A stretch of DNA of 64,000 nucleotides from Antechinus flavipes. Its lineage: Eukaryota. How positions within the stretch are numbered: the stretch's first letter is position 1; every line of letters starts with the position of its first letter. A program made the position numbers and the translations under genes. The notes beneath the pieces were generated by a model that saw only the letters and a list, made by a program, of their open reading frames with translations, was not told where the DNA came from and searched no databases. Location: NCBI RefSeq assembly GCF_016432865.1, contig NC_067400.1, positions 504,928,001 to 504,992,000 on the forward strand, written 5' to 3'. This document shows positions 1 through 13,459 of this stretch, one piece after another.

Positions 1-375
1 GCTTTTATCCCTAACGCAAATTCCCCCTCCCACCACTGACCCTCATCCTTATTGGCTGAGGATTTTACATTCTAAACGCGGGAACTATCCAAGAAATTGA
101 ACTTGACCAACAAGTACATAGTTGCCCATATTTGGCTGAAATAAGGAGGATAACAAGAAGGGGACTTCAGTATGCCCTTAGGGGGCTAACAGGGAGGGGA
201 AGAGACTTTAAATATGTCCTTAAGATAGTAGGGAGGAGACACTTTGCAGGGAGGAGACACTTTAAGTATGCCCTTGACTTAAAGGCAGTCCTTCAGGCCT
301 ACTCAAACTTTGAAATACATGAAGCCTTACTCGATTTTCACAACTGTCTTGAAAGATCTCATTTTATCTCGTTCA
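1..375 (-). mobile_element. ERV-type LTR (U3 part; runs off the left edge of the window)
   Basis: Minus strand begins TGAAC at 375. Contains direct repeats (gggaggagacacttt twice, plus a related gggaagagacttt), then a CCAAT box (plus-strand attgg near 51-55) and a TATA-like GGATAAAAG (plus-strand cttttatcc at 2-10) in promoter order. The other end and TSD are not visible. Confidence 0.65.
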
Positions 376-2769
376 GTCTGGACAGTTGTATGGATGGTGA
401 GTTAATTTATAGGACAATCCATTGCAGGTTTTATCGAAAAGCAATGGTAGTTTGGGTTTAATTATTGTATCCAGAGCAAGAAGTATAACAGGGTTAAGGG
501 AGGCACAGGAGTAAGCAGATGGAAACATAATCCAGGTGGCTTGTGAAACTTGGACTCATTTAGGATCTTGGGACAACTAGATATAATGGGTAAGGTAAGA
601 TTGCCCTTAGTTAACAACCAATATCCAGACTACCAAGACAACATCACCAGTGACAATGGAAAAGTATTCAGTGCAGAGGTCTGGTGAACAAATTACTAGT
701 TCCAGAAGAAATAATTTAATACTCTAGACCTGTGATGAAAAAAATTAACTGATATCAAACAATGGTTGTAAGCTATAAAACTTGCATTTAGTCTATACCC
801 TGAAAATCCTTTATGATATATAGTAAGGAGTATTTAAGCTCTTCTACAGACTGGGCCTGATAAACTTTCTATTTACTTTGTTTATATCTACTGTGAACTT
901 ATTTCTTTACATATTGTCTCACCTATTAAAATGAATGCTTCTTGAGGACAAGGACTATTTTTTTGCCTTTCTTTGTATTCCCTGTGCTTAACTTGATAAA
1001 TGCTTATTGACTAATTTGATAGACATATTGATGTACAGAAATAGACAGGACTGGCTAAAGAGTTAAGGGAGATCAGGTACCATATCCCATTTTATTATGC
1101 TACCATCCATTAGTTTCTATATAGGACATGGCTTTGGTCAAAGGGTATGCTTTTTGTACTTTGGAGCTTTCCAAGCTCCCAGAGTTGACAGTCTGCTTAT
1201 ATAGATGGCCAATATACCCAGTTGCCAGTTCTTAGGCAACTTGCCACATGATGGATTAATGTATGCTCATGTCCCTGTTTCCCCTCCAGCTTCATATATA
1301 CTTTTTCTGATAACTGGTAAGTAAAGCAAGAGTGAGCACCAAGCTAAGCATTGCATCTTGAGGCTGACAGCCCTGAAAATTGCATGAAGCTTTGTTTCTC
1401 CCTCAGTGCCACAAATGCAGAATTGCTCTAGTTCTGGCAAATGTAGTTTATTGAGATAAACTGAGGCCAGTCGACTAGTTCAACCTCTATAAAAGATTCA
1501 TTCAATTTATGTATTGACTTTTACAGTCATCAGCAATGACCTGGATATAGTCAAACTTGAACCCAGGTAATAAACCATAATCATAATAAATATAACAGAC
1601 ATATGGTGACTTTTTAAAGTAGTCTAACAACTAGTGTGAGTAAGTTCACTTTATCAATCTATAGACGTGTTTTCCCAGGTCTCAGAAAAGTCACACTGCT
1701 GATAAATTTGATGAAATCAACTCCTACTACTACTTAACTGGCATAAGAAACTGCTTGCAAACTGAAGCAACTGGCTATTTGCCAGAATGCATTAAGCATA
1801 TTTCTAACTCAGCTGATTTAATGACTAATAATAAAATGCATAACAATTTTCATGCTTATTTCAAAAATATCAAGATTTATGGTTACTTGAATCCAATATT
1901 GATTTCTATTCCATTTGAATCAATATTAGTTCCTTTGGTCAATACATACAGTTATCCACCTAATCTGCCACCAAAATCAGCTTTCTTCTCTGGTCTAAAC
2001 TGAAGATGTAAGTATTTCTAAATTTCATCAATGCAAAGGATAAAATTTCATGAACCGTTTTGTTCCTGGAGAAACTATTTACTCTGGTAGAACGGGGGCT
2101 ACAAAGATAGATACTCACACCCTTAAAAGGGAAAACTTTTTTTCCTTCATTTTTATCTTAGTAGAAACAAAACAATTTAAGGAGACTGTCTTCACTCATT
2201 GAAGAAACACCCAGTTTAATTTAATATGCAGCCTAGGAAAAAGTTACATAAGGAATAGAAGGTTGCCCCAAAATATCATATTTTTGACATAATTTCATTC
2301 ATCTTCACCCTCCCTCTACTCTGCAGACCTTTATTGCTTTTGATGGATGGCCTCACATTCCTGGTATTGGCTAGAAAAATTGACACTCTAACCAACCTAG
2401 AACTAAGGCTTCCTGAACTTAACTGGTAGGCTTACACTTAAACAATAGATGTTACCAAACCTGAACTCAAAGGCTTGATGCTTGAGAAGGTCTGCTAGAA
2501 CCTGGTTTCCTATTGTAATGCCTTCAAGGGCCCATGGTGCAGCATCAGAAAAGGACACTAGAGAAAGAATACTTGAGCAAGTAAAGAAAATAAAGAGGAC
2601 TTATAACTATATTTTACAAGACACAACTGAAGGAATTCATGACGTTTAGTCTCAAGAAAGGAAAATGGAAAATGATTTTATTATCTTTCAATATTCATGT
2701 AGAAGAGGAGTTAAATACATTCTTACATTTTCTTTTGACCTAAGACAGAAAAAGTAGGAATAATGGGTA

Positions 2770-2950
2770 GGCAGGAAGATTTCAGCTTAGGTAAGTCTAA
2801 AGAAAAACTGCCTAACAATATTATCCAAAAATGTAACGATTTGCTCCCCAAGGCAATGAAGTCACTATCACCAAAGGTGCTGAAGGAGAGTCTATATGAC
2901 TATTTGTCAGGGGGATGTAAAGGAAATTCATCCATCTGGCATGAATTTCA
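2770..2950 (+). mobile_element. CR1/L3 LINE 3' relic
   Basis: Resembles the recalled L3 3' consensus (…aaaaacttcctaacaat…tccaaaaatg…tcactggaggtgttcaagcagaggctggatgaccacttgtcaggg). Highly diverged. Confidence 0.6.
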
Positions 2951-3329
2951 ACTAAATGATCAATAAAGTCCCTTCCAACTGTCAGATTCTATAATTCTGC
3001 TATGCTAAATGCATATATTGTGATTAAAGATTTATAAAAGCTATTTATTTGTTATGGAAAAGAAAATATGACATATTTATGAATCAAAATCTATTAGATT
3101 TCTTTTTGTGAAGCATACCTATTTCTTCATGTAAGTGAAGTACTCACTGACTGTCTTGAGGTGAGTAGGTACAATGTCTCTATTTAGCACAATCAGTTTT
3201 CCAGCTCACCTCTTTACTTTCCTCTGTCTCTCTATTTCCCTCTTTTGACCTCATGGATCTTCACTGAAGGTTACTTCACTGAATTGACCTTCTCCATCAA
3301 TTTGCATTACTTCCCACCTTAGAGAAAAT

Positions 3330-3520
3330 AAGATGGTACAGATGATAGAATACTGGGATTGAAATCAGGAAGACCTTTGTTCAAATCCAGCCTTAGATAC
3401 TTACTATAAAATGGAGGTAATAATAGACCTACTTTGTAGAATCATCATTAAAATCAAATTAAATATTATCTGTAATCCCTGGCACATAATAGTTGCCATA
3501 TAAATAGTTATTTTCTTCTT
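3330..3520 (+). mobile_element. MIR/CORE SINE relic
   Basis: tRNA-like head with B-box-like gttcaaatcc, cagatacttacta, then aaaatggaggtaataata core and tail. Confidence 0.7.
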
Positions 3521-6500
3521 AATATTTCCTATACATGACAAAACATATTCTACCTCATAGTCTATGTTCAGGGTTTAGATAATGCCAGGAACTTCATCTC
3601 CTAATTCCACTTCTTGGAATTACTAGATCCCTTTCACGATTTCCCTAGTTGTTGATGATGACAGTTTTAATTTATTTTCTACATATTTTACATTTTCTTA
3701 TTTATATATGGGTTGTTCCCTTCCCTCTCTAGTAGAACATAAACTCCTTGAGAATAAGAACTATTTCATTCTTTGTCGTTCTTTCCTAAGTACCTAATGT
3801 GGCAAATTGAATTTATTGAATTTCTGCAAATTCTATATGTCAACAAAAAATATATGTCTATATGCCAATCTATATCCTAGTCCCTATTTTGCAATAGAAA
3901 GCTAAAATTTTAAATTATTTATGACATCCAAACATATTTTTATTTACTCATGGATATCACTGTCTTTACACATAAAACAAACACTATCTTACATATGTAG
4001 GTAATTCATAAATATCTGTTGAAATGGTAGAAACATGTAATTATCATTAGGCATAAAATTGGAAAAGGACTGAAATTATTACATTCAATATCTGTTCCCT
4101 GATGCAGTCTTTGCTTTCTAACATATACAAGTAGAAAGAGAAGAGATCAAAAGAGGGAAACTGAGAGAGAAGAAGTGAGGCAAACAGGAAAGTAGATCAT
4201 GCTAAATTGAGACATTGTACTCAACTACCACAGGACAATCATTGATAGAACTCTGAAACATGGAGAGAAAGATGAAGAAACAAGTTTTCAGGAAACAAGA
4301 TAAAAACCCATTGAATGCGCCTAAAGAGTCAAGTGTTGGCTTTCTTGTTTTTCCTGGTTCCTATTTATCAGCAAACTGCTCCTTTTCTGATACACCTGGA
4401 GCCATCAGGTCCCCTGTAGTCTTTTCTACTGAGCATGGCAGTCCAAGAAGCCCCACATCTCATCATCCCAAGCAAAGAAAACTATCCCTGACAATAAAGG
4501 CATATAATTTCTGATTCTGTAGCTTCTACTTTTAAAGGAAGGTGTGGGAGGGACAAAAGAAGGAACAATGATCAAATCTTTTCAGGAGTTTGAGTCTCAT
4601 ATCTGCTTTCTCTCATATTAGATCCAGAAAGAACTGAATAAAGTAGAGAATTGGCCAATTCAGTAAATATCCATTAGGAGCACTGTGGTAGGCACTAACT
4701 GGCAGTGAAATATGGCAGGGCTCCAGACCTTTTGGAACTTATACTGAAATCAAAATCTATGCAAATAACTATAATACAAAAAAAGAATATGGTATCAGGG
4801 CATTGCCCTGGCATGGCCAAGGAAAAAGAGGTGCCAGAAGGTAAAATCAGTTTTGGAGTTGTGGCTGATCTTATAATAAGCTTCATCACCCCAAATCAGT
4901 GTTTTCTTTTTCCTTTATTGACAAAAACCCCATGTATGAACCATTATATCAGGCCATCTGCTCTAATAATGGTTCACTTCCCCCTCCCCTCCATCTTCTC
5001 AATGATTGCCTTGACACCTGGTACAGAGATAATGCCTGAACAATGTAAGCCTTTCAGTTAAGGTACCCATGATCCTGACTAGAGACTACCGTCTGTGTAG
5101 CCCATTCTTTTAAGCCAGTTATACTCTAGCCAAGCTTCATCTTATCCTCCTGCCATCTTCTTGCCAACTGTCTTGTTTCCTGAACCAGAAATCATTCCTT
5201 GGAGTAATTTATATTTTTTAGCTCCCAAACTTCCATCCTGGGCTCTGTTTGGCTCACTACAGCAGACCAACTATTTCAGTTGTACTTCTCCTTACCACCA
5301 CCATCTCCATACCTTATACTCCCAAAATCTTTTTGTCAGTTCTTTAGCCACCATGTTTGTCTCCCTAAACCTCCTTCCATTTCTAGAATCATAATCAAAA
5401 CAATGCAATTATTGTTCCTTGCTATTGGAAAGAATGTATTTTTTCCACCCTTATTGTTTTGCTTGCCATCCCTATAACTTTCCAAAATAAAACATCTCTC
5501 CAGAGAAAGCATTCTGCTCTAATAAGTTTTGTCTCAATCATTAGAATATAAATTCTTTGAAGACAGGAAATTTTTGTATCACTCATTATTTAACACAAAA
5601 AGACACATAGTGAACACTTAATAAATGCTTTTTCATTCACTCATTCATTTGCCAAGACCTCAAGCAGTTCATAGAATGGCCTGGCAAATAAAATATTCCC
5701 AGAGATATACATGGTAGGAAACACAGAGAAAGCCATGAGGAGAATCAGATTTAGACTACATTCCCAAAGTAAAATCTTCACCTGGTTCTATCACTTCTTT
5801 GCCTTCCCCTGACAAATAGCTCTGCAACAGCAATAAACAGGGCCAGTCTAAAATATAATGGCCTTGAAGTTTTAACTCTCTTTGCTTTCACCTGTAACCT
5901 ATAGGCTTCCTCAGGATAGGAACAACATTGAAACAGTTTTCAGGACTATTTTTTTTTTTTTTGCCAGTTGCTAATTGCTGACCCCACAACTTAGTTTCTC
6001 TGGCTTCCTTAATGTATCCAGCAAACATATTAGAGAAATGTAACCCTAGTGCTGAACAAGACTGAAGAAGAAAAGATCATTTTTAACTAAAGGAGTCATA
6101 TGTAAGTATTCATGAGATATATATATTATGTATGTGTGTTTATGTACATGATAGGTAAAAAAGAATGTTAAAAGCATACAATAATATAATCTCTGAAATT
6201 AATATTATACTATTATATTGATCACTAGTTATTCATTTGTGATTCACCCCTTTTCCTATTATTATGTTAAAAACCTAACTTCAGAAAAACTTAGTTTCTG
6301 AAGGGCATGACTTAGTAATGAAATTTTCTCCTACTCCTCAAGATACATAGTCATTATGAACTAGATGAGTTGGATAAAGTCTCCCTTGGAATCTTAGGTT
6401 ACTGGGACACTATCAATTTAATTATCCTGACCATCAATTTTTTGATTGATGGCTATTACAATTGACAAATTGATTATTAATCACCCAGAAATTCTGTCTC

Positions 6501-6654
6501 TTAGGACTTTCATTAGTCTTATCTCTACACCTAGATAACATGTAACAAGAAGCACTGGACAGAAGGCCAGTCATTATGTGACTTTAAGTCATTTAATATT
6601 TTTAAAAATACTGTTCTCCTATGCTCAGGAAAGAAAGAAGGAAACAAGAACTTA

Positions 6655-6880
6655 TTAATCACCTATTATGTTACAGGAACTGGGCTAAATAATTTTCAAA
6701 TATTATCTTATTTAAACCTCACAACAACTTTACAATATAGATATCATTATCCCCACTTTAAAATTGAGGAAACTGAAGCAAAAGATAAATCCTTTGGCCA
6801 GGATCACATGGTTGATGTGGCTGAAGATGTATTTGAAATTAGGCCTGCTTAACTCCAAGTCCAATGCTCTATCCACTGCA
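6655..6880 (-). mobile_element. MIR SINE
   Basis: Reverse MIR signature: aacctcacaacaac…attatccccactttaaaattgaggaaactgaagc…aggatcacatgg…ctctatccactgc. Confidence 0.8.
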
Positions 6881-7434
6881 AATAATGGCCTGAAGATCAT
6901 TATTTGTTTGAGTCATTTGGATCCAGTACTTCAAAATATGATGTCTTCTCTCTCCAGGGGATATGATGATTCTATAAACTCTCAGTATCCTTGGAAATTT
7001 TTAAAATCAATGAATGGAAATCAAAAAATGTAATAAAGTTGCTTCCTAGCTCTTCAAGACCTCTCAATGATTGCAGCTGGGAAAATTTCATAACATTAAA
7101 AGGCAGTTTCACAACATGGGAAGAGGAGAAATGAGGTAGTTGAATTCTTCTATAGGAAGCACTTTTATCACTAGCAAAGCACTCTATTATTAGCAGCTAC
7201 TAATGCTTTCTCATCCTTAATTCCACCCCTTTACGAAATTACTTTGCATTGATCTTGTACATATGCATATAAACACATGTCCCTCTTGATAAAATGTAAA
7301 TTCTTAGGGGAAAAAAATTCACTTTTGCTTTTATATCCCTAGAATTTAGCATAGTAACTGGCACTATATAAATGTTGGTTGATTGGTTCATTGATAACAA
7401 GTTCAGAAAACAAGATAGTAAAGAGCCATAGTCA

Positions 7435-7550
7435 TGGGACAGCTAGATGGTATAATGGATAGAGCATCAGTCCTGAAGTTAGGAAGATCTGAGTTCAAAT
7501 CTGGCCTCAGACACTTAATACTTACTAGACATACAACCTTGGGCAAGCAC
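7435..7550 (+). mobile_element. WSINE1-like marsupial SINE
   Basis: gggacagctagatgg…gatagagca…gagttcaaatctggcctcagacacttaatactt…gggcaag. Confidence 0.75.
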
Positions 7551-8660
7551 CAGAGTCACAGTTAGAAAGCAGTATGTAGAGTGGAAATAGTGTCAGAACT
7601 AGGATCAAAACAAAGTCTTAAGGGACATGGAGAGTTGATGCTTCAGGTCATTTGGTCCTCTAGTAAGCAACAAGAAACATTGAAAAACAATTTTTTTTTG
7701 TTTTTTTTTTAAATACTTAGGCAGCTCCATGCAATATTTCCTGGGAATTCATTTCAGCTGGACAGTTCTGCCTGCTACAGCCCTCTTTCTTCCCATATGT
7801 CCTGAATGACCTGGCCTTTTCCATAATAAGTTCCTTATTTGACTCTGAATCACCTCGCCATTCAAGATGCTAGTGATATATGAATTTCTATATGTAGAGT
7901 GAAACTAAGTTATTGACTAGAATTTATGTTCTAATATAACTGTGGTTACAAGAGTATTCCCCTCAAATGGAAGCATCCAAGGGCATTCTAGAAGCTATTT
8001 CATTCCCTGTACTCACTAACTGAACAATTTTGAGCCAAACATAATATTTTATCATTAAATCCTATCAAAATTGCAATTGGTCTTGCTTTTGCCTTTTCAT
8101 GGCATAGCATTTATATCACATGGCTATCCATTTAGGGAATAATTGCTGCTATGTGTTGGGAAATGGATTAGAAACCCCAAGGATTATTGATTTCATAAGC
8201 CTTGATTTAGTTCCTCAAATCTAGCACTGACATCTCTAAATGGAGGCAGACAAGGACCCTTAGGTTCCTAATCAGTAAAAAGCTATAATGACATTTGTAC
8301 TACCTTCCTGTCTTTCAGGGTTGTTTTTAGGATCAACTAAAGAAATGGACATAAAAGATTTGTTAATCACATGACCCTGGATAAATATAAGCCAGTAATG
8401 GCAAGAGAAGTACAGCAGGAATGGTGGCAAGGATGGTAATATCCTTGCTTTGTTTTGTACAAAAAGGTGATTTCTTAGATGAAGGGATTTCTGGTCATGA
8501 AGTCCCTTTTATCCATGTACATTAGCAGGTGCTATGAAAATTTATAATTTTGGAAAATTGTCTGAAAGCACTAAGACATTCAGTGACATGCCCAGGATCA
8601 TACATATAATGCTCTGTATCAGAAGTCCAGTCTTCTCTGCTCCAAGACTGACTCCTTAGC

Positions 8661-8945
8661 AGCAGTAGCAACAACAGCAGCAGCAGTGGTTGTTAATAGT
8701 TCATAGTTGGTAGTAGTAATAGTAATGCATAGCAGTAGTAGGTACAAATAGTAAGTGGTAATAATGGTAGTCATAGTTATTAACAGAAAGAGGAGGAGGT
8801 GATAGTAGTAGTAGTAGTAGTAATATTAATAGTAGGAGTAGTAGTGGTAGTAGGAGTAGTAGTGGTGGTAGGAGTAGTAGCTGGTAATAGATAATAGTAG
8901 TTAGTAGTCATTGTTATCTTTGCCATAGTTATAGTCATTGTAGTG
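8661..8945 (+). repeat. Degenerate (AGT/GGT)n trinucleotide low-complexity tract
   Basis: Directly visible agtagtagt/ggtagtagg runs. Confidence 0.85.
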
Positions 8946-9069
8946 ATATGTGTTAAAATTGAAAATCAAGAAGTTAAAAAAAGTAAAGATCTAATTTTAT
9001 TGCTAATTACTTTAAAATAAAGAAATGCTGGTGACCATAGAGTTATCATATAATAAAATAATATGAATA

Positions 9070-9260
9070 ATAATTAGCATTTATGTAATGCCTTAAGTTT
9101 TGTTAAGCACTTTATAAATATTATTTCATTCGATCCTCACAATGACCATAGGAGATATGTGCTATTTTACCCATTTTGCAAATGAGATAAAGAAAAAAAA
9201 TTAAGGGTCCCTGAAGAGGGATTTGAATTCACATCTTCCTGACTCCAAGTCCACTACTTT
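9070..9260 (-). mobile_element. MIR SINE
   Basis: agcatttatgtaatgcc…aagcactttataaatattatttcattcgatcctcacaat…atttgaattcacatcttcctgactcc. Confidence 0.75.
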
Positions 9261-11658
9261 TGCGTAGACCAGAATGAAAAGCAAAGTCAAGTGGCTAGTG
9301 CATGGGAGTAATGGTTTCCCTATTTTTTAAGATGTCTTATTCGATTAAATCCAAAAAGTGCTTACTCTCCTTCCTCTGATAAATGCTGGCTACCTGATCT
9401 AGGAAAAAAGTACTTAATATCTTGAGGCTTAAAGGAACTCTCATAATTATAGGGCAGTTGCAAATTTGCATGAGAAGAAGTTTTATCACAAGGATCTCCC
9501 TGTGCCATGAAATCATAGTTCCCATTAAAAAAAAAAGTTTATATGGCATTGCAATGAATTTCAGGAATAAAAAGTCAGAAACAAAATAGCTTCTGCTTTT
9601 AATTTTTTTTTAATTCTACTGGGGAGTTACAGTATGTACCAAGACAAATAAATAGATACTATATAGAAAACAATTTCGGAAGGAAGTCATTAAAAGTGGG
9701 GCTGAAGAGAGAAGCTTGTAATCAAGAAAAAGCCTTCTGTAAAAGACAGCACTTGATCTGTGGTTTGAATGGTGAAATTATTGGTTCCAAGAAGTGGGGA
9801 TGATGATGAGATATATATATTACAAACATGGAGGTTGGGAGAGAAGGGAACTTATGGACAGGTATAGACCAGAGATAAAATATCATGTAAAGGGAACAAT
9901 AAAAAGGTCATTTTTCTGGGACACTAAGATAAACAACACTAAGTCTTTTTTTCCCTTTCTTCAATTCTTTCTTTCTGCCTTCCTTTCTTCTTTTCTTCCT
10001 TCCTTTCATTATCTTCATTTTTCTTTCTTTTTTCCTGTCTGTCTCTATCTGTATTTCTGTCTGTCTGTCTATCTGTCACACACACACAAACACACACACC
10101 ATCATTATCAAAATACATTTGCTGAGCTGAGAAGCCATATTAAACAAACAACAGTGAGTCAGCCTCAAAGTCAGGATGTATTGGATTCAAATGGAAAAAA
10201 TAATATATGCTGGTTATGTTAATAGGAGAGGGTGACTTAACTTTTCAGTATTATAAACTATAGAAGTTTCTGATCAATCAATTAGCAAACACTTATTAAT
10301 TACCTATGTGCCAGATATTCTATTAAAGGAAGAAATTACTATTCATAATCCAGGATCTCTTTAAAAACTTGTAATCCAGGCCATTCACAAACACATATTA
10401 TTCTTGGACCTTTGGAAGATCGCCCTTCACTTTCAATAATGCATTAAACCACATCAGATTCTGTTCTTTGTATTTTATTTTGGTGATTAATTTTGCCTTC
10501 AAATTAAATCATTTGTGTCCTCCAGAGTCTTGATCTCTGTGTGCTGTGATTTGTTGGGATCATTAGATGGGGCAACTCTCAGTATAATTTTAGAGTTCAT
10601 TCCTAGGCCCTGTCACCTGAAGGCTTCTCATTGATTTATAAGAAATACTCTGAGCATGGAAACACACAGACAAATGAAGCTGTCTATATGGAATTTTCAT
10701 TCCATTCATTCCATAAGTGTCAGGATGTACAGTGGAATGTGGCTCTCCATCCTTTCTGTGGCCACTCATCAAGCAAGACTCACCCCTCTCCACTCTCAGC
10801 TTCCCCTCACACCATCCACCCCATTTTTATGATCTCCTTTCCAGGTCATGGCCATGCTCATTTAATCTTCCAGCTGAGCTGTGGGCCTTCTTCATACTGT
10901 ATTGACTATGAAAATTGTATCGTTCATGTCAGAGGTTTATGCATGGTGTGAGATTACAAGCCATGGAAGCAGGATCCTCTTGCTTACTGACAGAATATGA
11001 TTAGCACAAACAACTATGACCCAGTTGTTTTTTCCTTGGCCTTGCAAATCAGACTGATTCTCTATAATAGCTTACAGACGTCTTTGCTGGTGGAGAAGAT
11101 TTGCTGAGAAGATTTATTGAGTTTAGCCCTGGAGATTCACTATCAATTCTATACCACAAGCTAATAAAAAAAATAAATAAAGCTTTTGTCCTAATGTCCT
11201 TATTAGTGATCAAAACAATGGATGTAATTGATTATGTCACTCATTCATGTATATGTGGAGTGCTCCAACTATCATTAATTGTACAGAATTCTGATTATGC
11301 TTCAGGGAGCACAGCATCTTTTCTATTATGTCGCTGATTGGAGGTTTTCTGAGGTTTCTTCTCCAAAACTTTCCAAGATTGAAGAAATTAAATACATGTA
11401 TTCCATTATGGAGGAATTCAGGGAGCCCCAAGGTCACAGATTGGAGCATGTAGGCAGTTGGAAATGCAACATCTTATCAAATGCCCTCACAATTATTTTC
11501 TTCCAGTTACTCCAATGGAAAAGACTGTTCTGTGGATCAGCTTAGGATCATAAGTTTCTGATGAAAGCATAAACAAAATCGAGTTCTCCCAAAGCCAACT
11601 TACATACCTAACTTGTGTTGAAGTAGGGCATCACTAAACATTCTGGGAGATTTGTTCT

Positions 11659-11690
<32 letters not shown>

Positions 11691-12029
11691 AGGAGAAAGG
11701 AAGGTACAGCACATTGCGAATTTTGCCTAAAATAATGCTCTCCAACCATTTGGAAGTTGGAGTACTCAATGATTTATGTCACCATTCCTCCAAGTGCTGT
11801 AAGGTTTGGGGCTTTTATTCAAATAAAAGTAAATTCTCTTATAGGATACTTTGGGCATTTTGTAACATAGTTTTGAAATAACTGAAGATATTTTGAAGTA
11901 TCTCAAGACCAGTGTTGAAATCAATGGCTTATACAAACCAAGAAAGTAGAATGTAAGTTCCTTAAAAACCAGAACTATTCTCACTTTTGTTTTTGTAACC
12001 CCAGAAGTTGAGGTCAGCTAAATGTCATA

Positions 12030-12290
12030 ATTCATAGAGTATTGGACTTGGGATCATGAAGACCCTAAAGACAAATCTGACTCCAGACACGTACTGATTG
12101 TATTTGACAATTTGACAAATTACAACTCACTGAACCTTTTTCTGCCTCACTTTCCTCAATTATAAAATGGGAATGATAATAGCACATACTTCCAAAGATT
12201 GTTGTAAAATTCAGATGCAATGATAATTAGAAATTACTTGGCATAATGCTGGCACATCATCCAATGCTTAATAAATGCTTGTTCCCTCAC
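12030..12290 (+). mobile_element. MIR SINE with L2-derived tail
   Basis: gagtattggacttggga…ctcactttcctcaattataaaatgggaatgataatagcac…gcttaataaatgcttgtt. Confidence 0.75.
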
Positions 12291-12444
12291 TGCCCCAATA
12301 ACTAAAGCCTGAATAGTAGATGCTTAATAAATGCTGAATTGAACTAAATTAAATGAAGTCTCTGTAAGGATCACACTGGCATGTACTTCTTTCTTTTCAC
12401 AAATAAAGAAAACACCTATCAGGGGCAGATGTAGATGAACTGAT

Positions 12445-13430
12445 GCTGTTCTTTGTCCTTCATTCCTTTAGAAGACCATTGTAATGGGCCAGAACTCTGG
12501 AGAACTATATCTGAAACAAGTGTTAACTCAGAGGAATTGATGAGAAAATGGTTATCTAGTTTACATACATACTTGTTACTTAGCATGGTGATGTAATGGT
12601 TCTCTAAGTTGACACAGAATCAGTATGCTGTAATGATATAATTACAATAAAGTATATAAGAGCCAACAAGGACTGGAAGAGAGACATTCCATCTCCCACC
12701 ATCCTGGTGGCTCTCCTGCCTCCTTTGTTTCTCCACTAAGACCAAGGCCTATCTGAAGGTCCCCAAAAAAGCTAGCCTGACCCCAGGTGAAGCAGACAGA
12801 CTGTGAAGAAGATAATAAAGACTTTGGACTTTATTCCTGACAATTCTTGTAGTGATTATTCTGCTGAAACCAAGTCCCATTCAGAGGACCTTCAGAGAGC
12901 TAGCCAGAATATTACAGATCATGACATCAGGGTGGTGATCCATGACATGCAAGTGAATTGGATTTAAGCAATGAAGTTTTGTGGAAGGTCATCTGCCTCA
13001 CTTTCCCTTCCAGAGCCATCTGGGTTCAGTGGCCAGATATAGATCAGGATGACTGGAGATGGCTCTGGATGCAATGGGAGATCTTGAACTTTTTAAGCTA
13101 AGGTTTCAACAGGTCTCAGTTTGTCTGAGACTCTACCCATTCAGTAATTAAGGCCAGGTGGCAATTGAGGCAAAGAATATCCTCTTTAACCTAGTCAAAA
13201 AAAAAAAAAAATCAATCAAAATAAATAATTCTGGGAGGGGAAGAACCTCAAGGTTTCTAGCCAAAACAGAAATGATTGCTATTTACATTCAGTCTAAATC
13301 AATCGGGATCCAAAAAATGACCTAATGGATCAAGAACCTATTCATGGCCAATCAATGAGAATCAGAGTGTTTTTGGTTTAAGACATGATTCTTAAGAAAG
13401 AAATCTAGCCAGTAAATCTCAAGATAGCTT
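12445..13430. mobile_element. Marsupial retroposon (WALLSI4/MdoRep1-like), split by a solo LTR
   Basis: ttgtccttcatt…gaccat|LTR|gatcatgacatcaggg…catgacatgcaagtgaattggatttaag…gatcaggatgactggagatggc. The same family occurs inverted at about 47100-47335 and partially at about 45713-45780. Family name is from recall. Confidence 0.65.
12480..12916 (+). mobile_element. Solo LTR (437 bp)
   Basis: Terminal TGTAAT…ATTACA inverted ends, 6-bp TSD gaccat (12474-12479) / gatcat (12917-12922), TATA-like tatataag at 12653 and AATAAA at 12814. It interrupts a recognisable host repeat. Confidence 0.9.
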
Positions 13431-13459
13431 GGGAAGATTCAGAGATTCAAAAAGGAAAA

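Noticed and set aside
132-461. 109-aa ORF containing repeated GRRHF motifs
   Set aside because: It lies antisense within the LTR; the peptide repeats simply translate the U3 direct repeats, and it starts at TTG.
2745-2790. Apparent exon with a perfect AG|gtaagt donor (EKVGIMGRQEDFSL)
   Set aside because: The donor lies in a CR1/L3 3' relic and there is no independent support.
10590-11560. Cluster of overlapping 60-106 aa ORFs in a GC-richer unique block
   Set aside because: No recognisable domain, inconsistent splice signals and open frames on both strands, all consistent with base composition.
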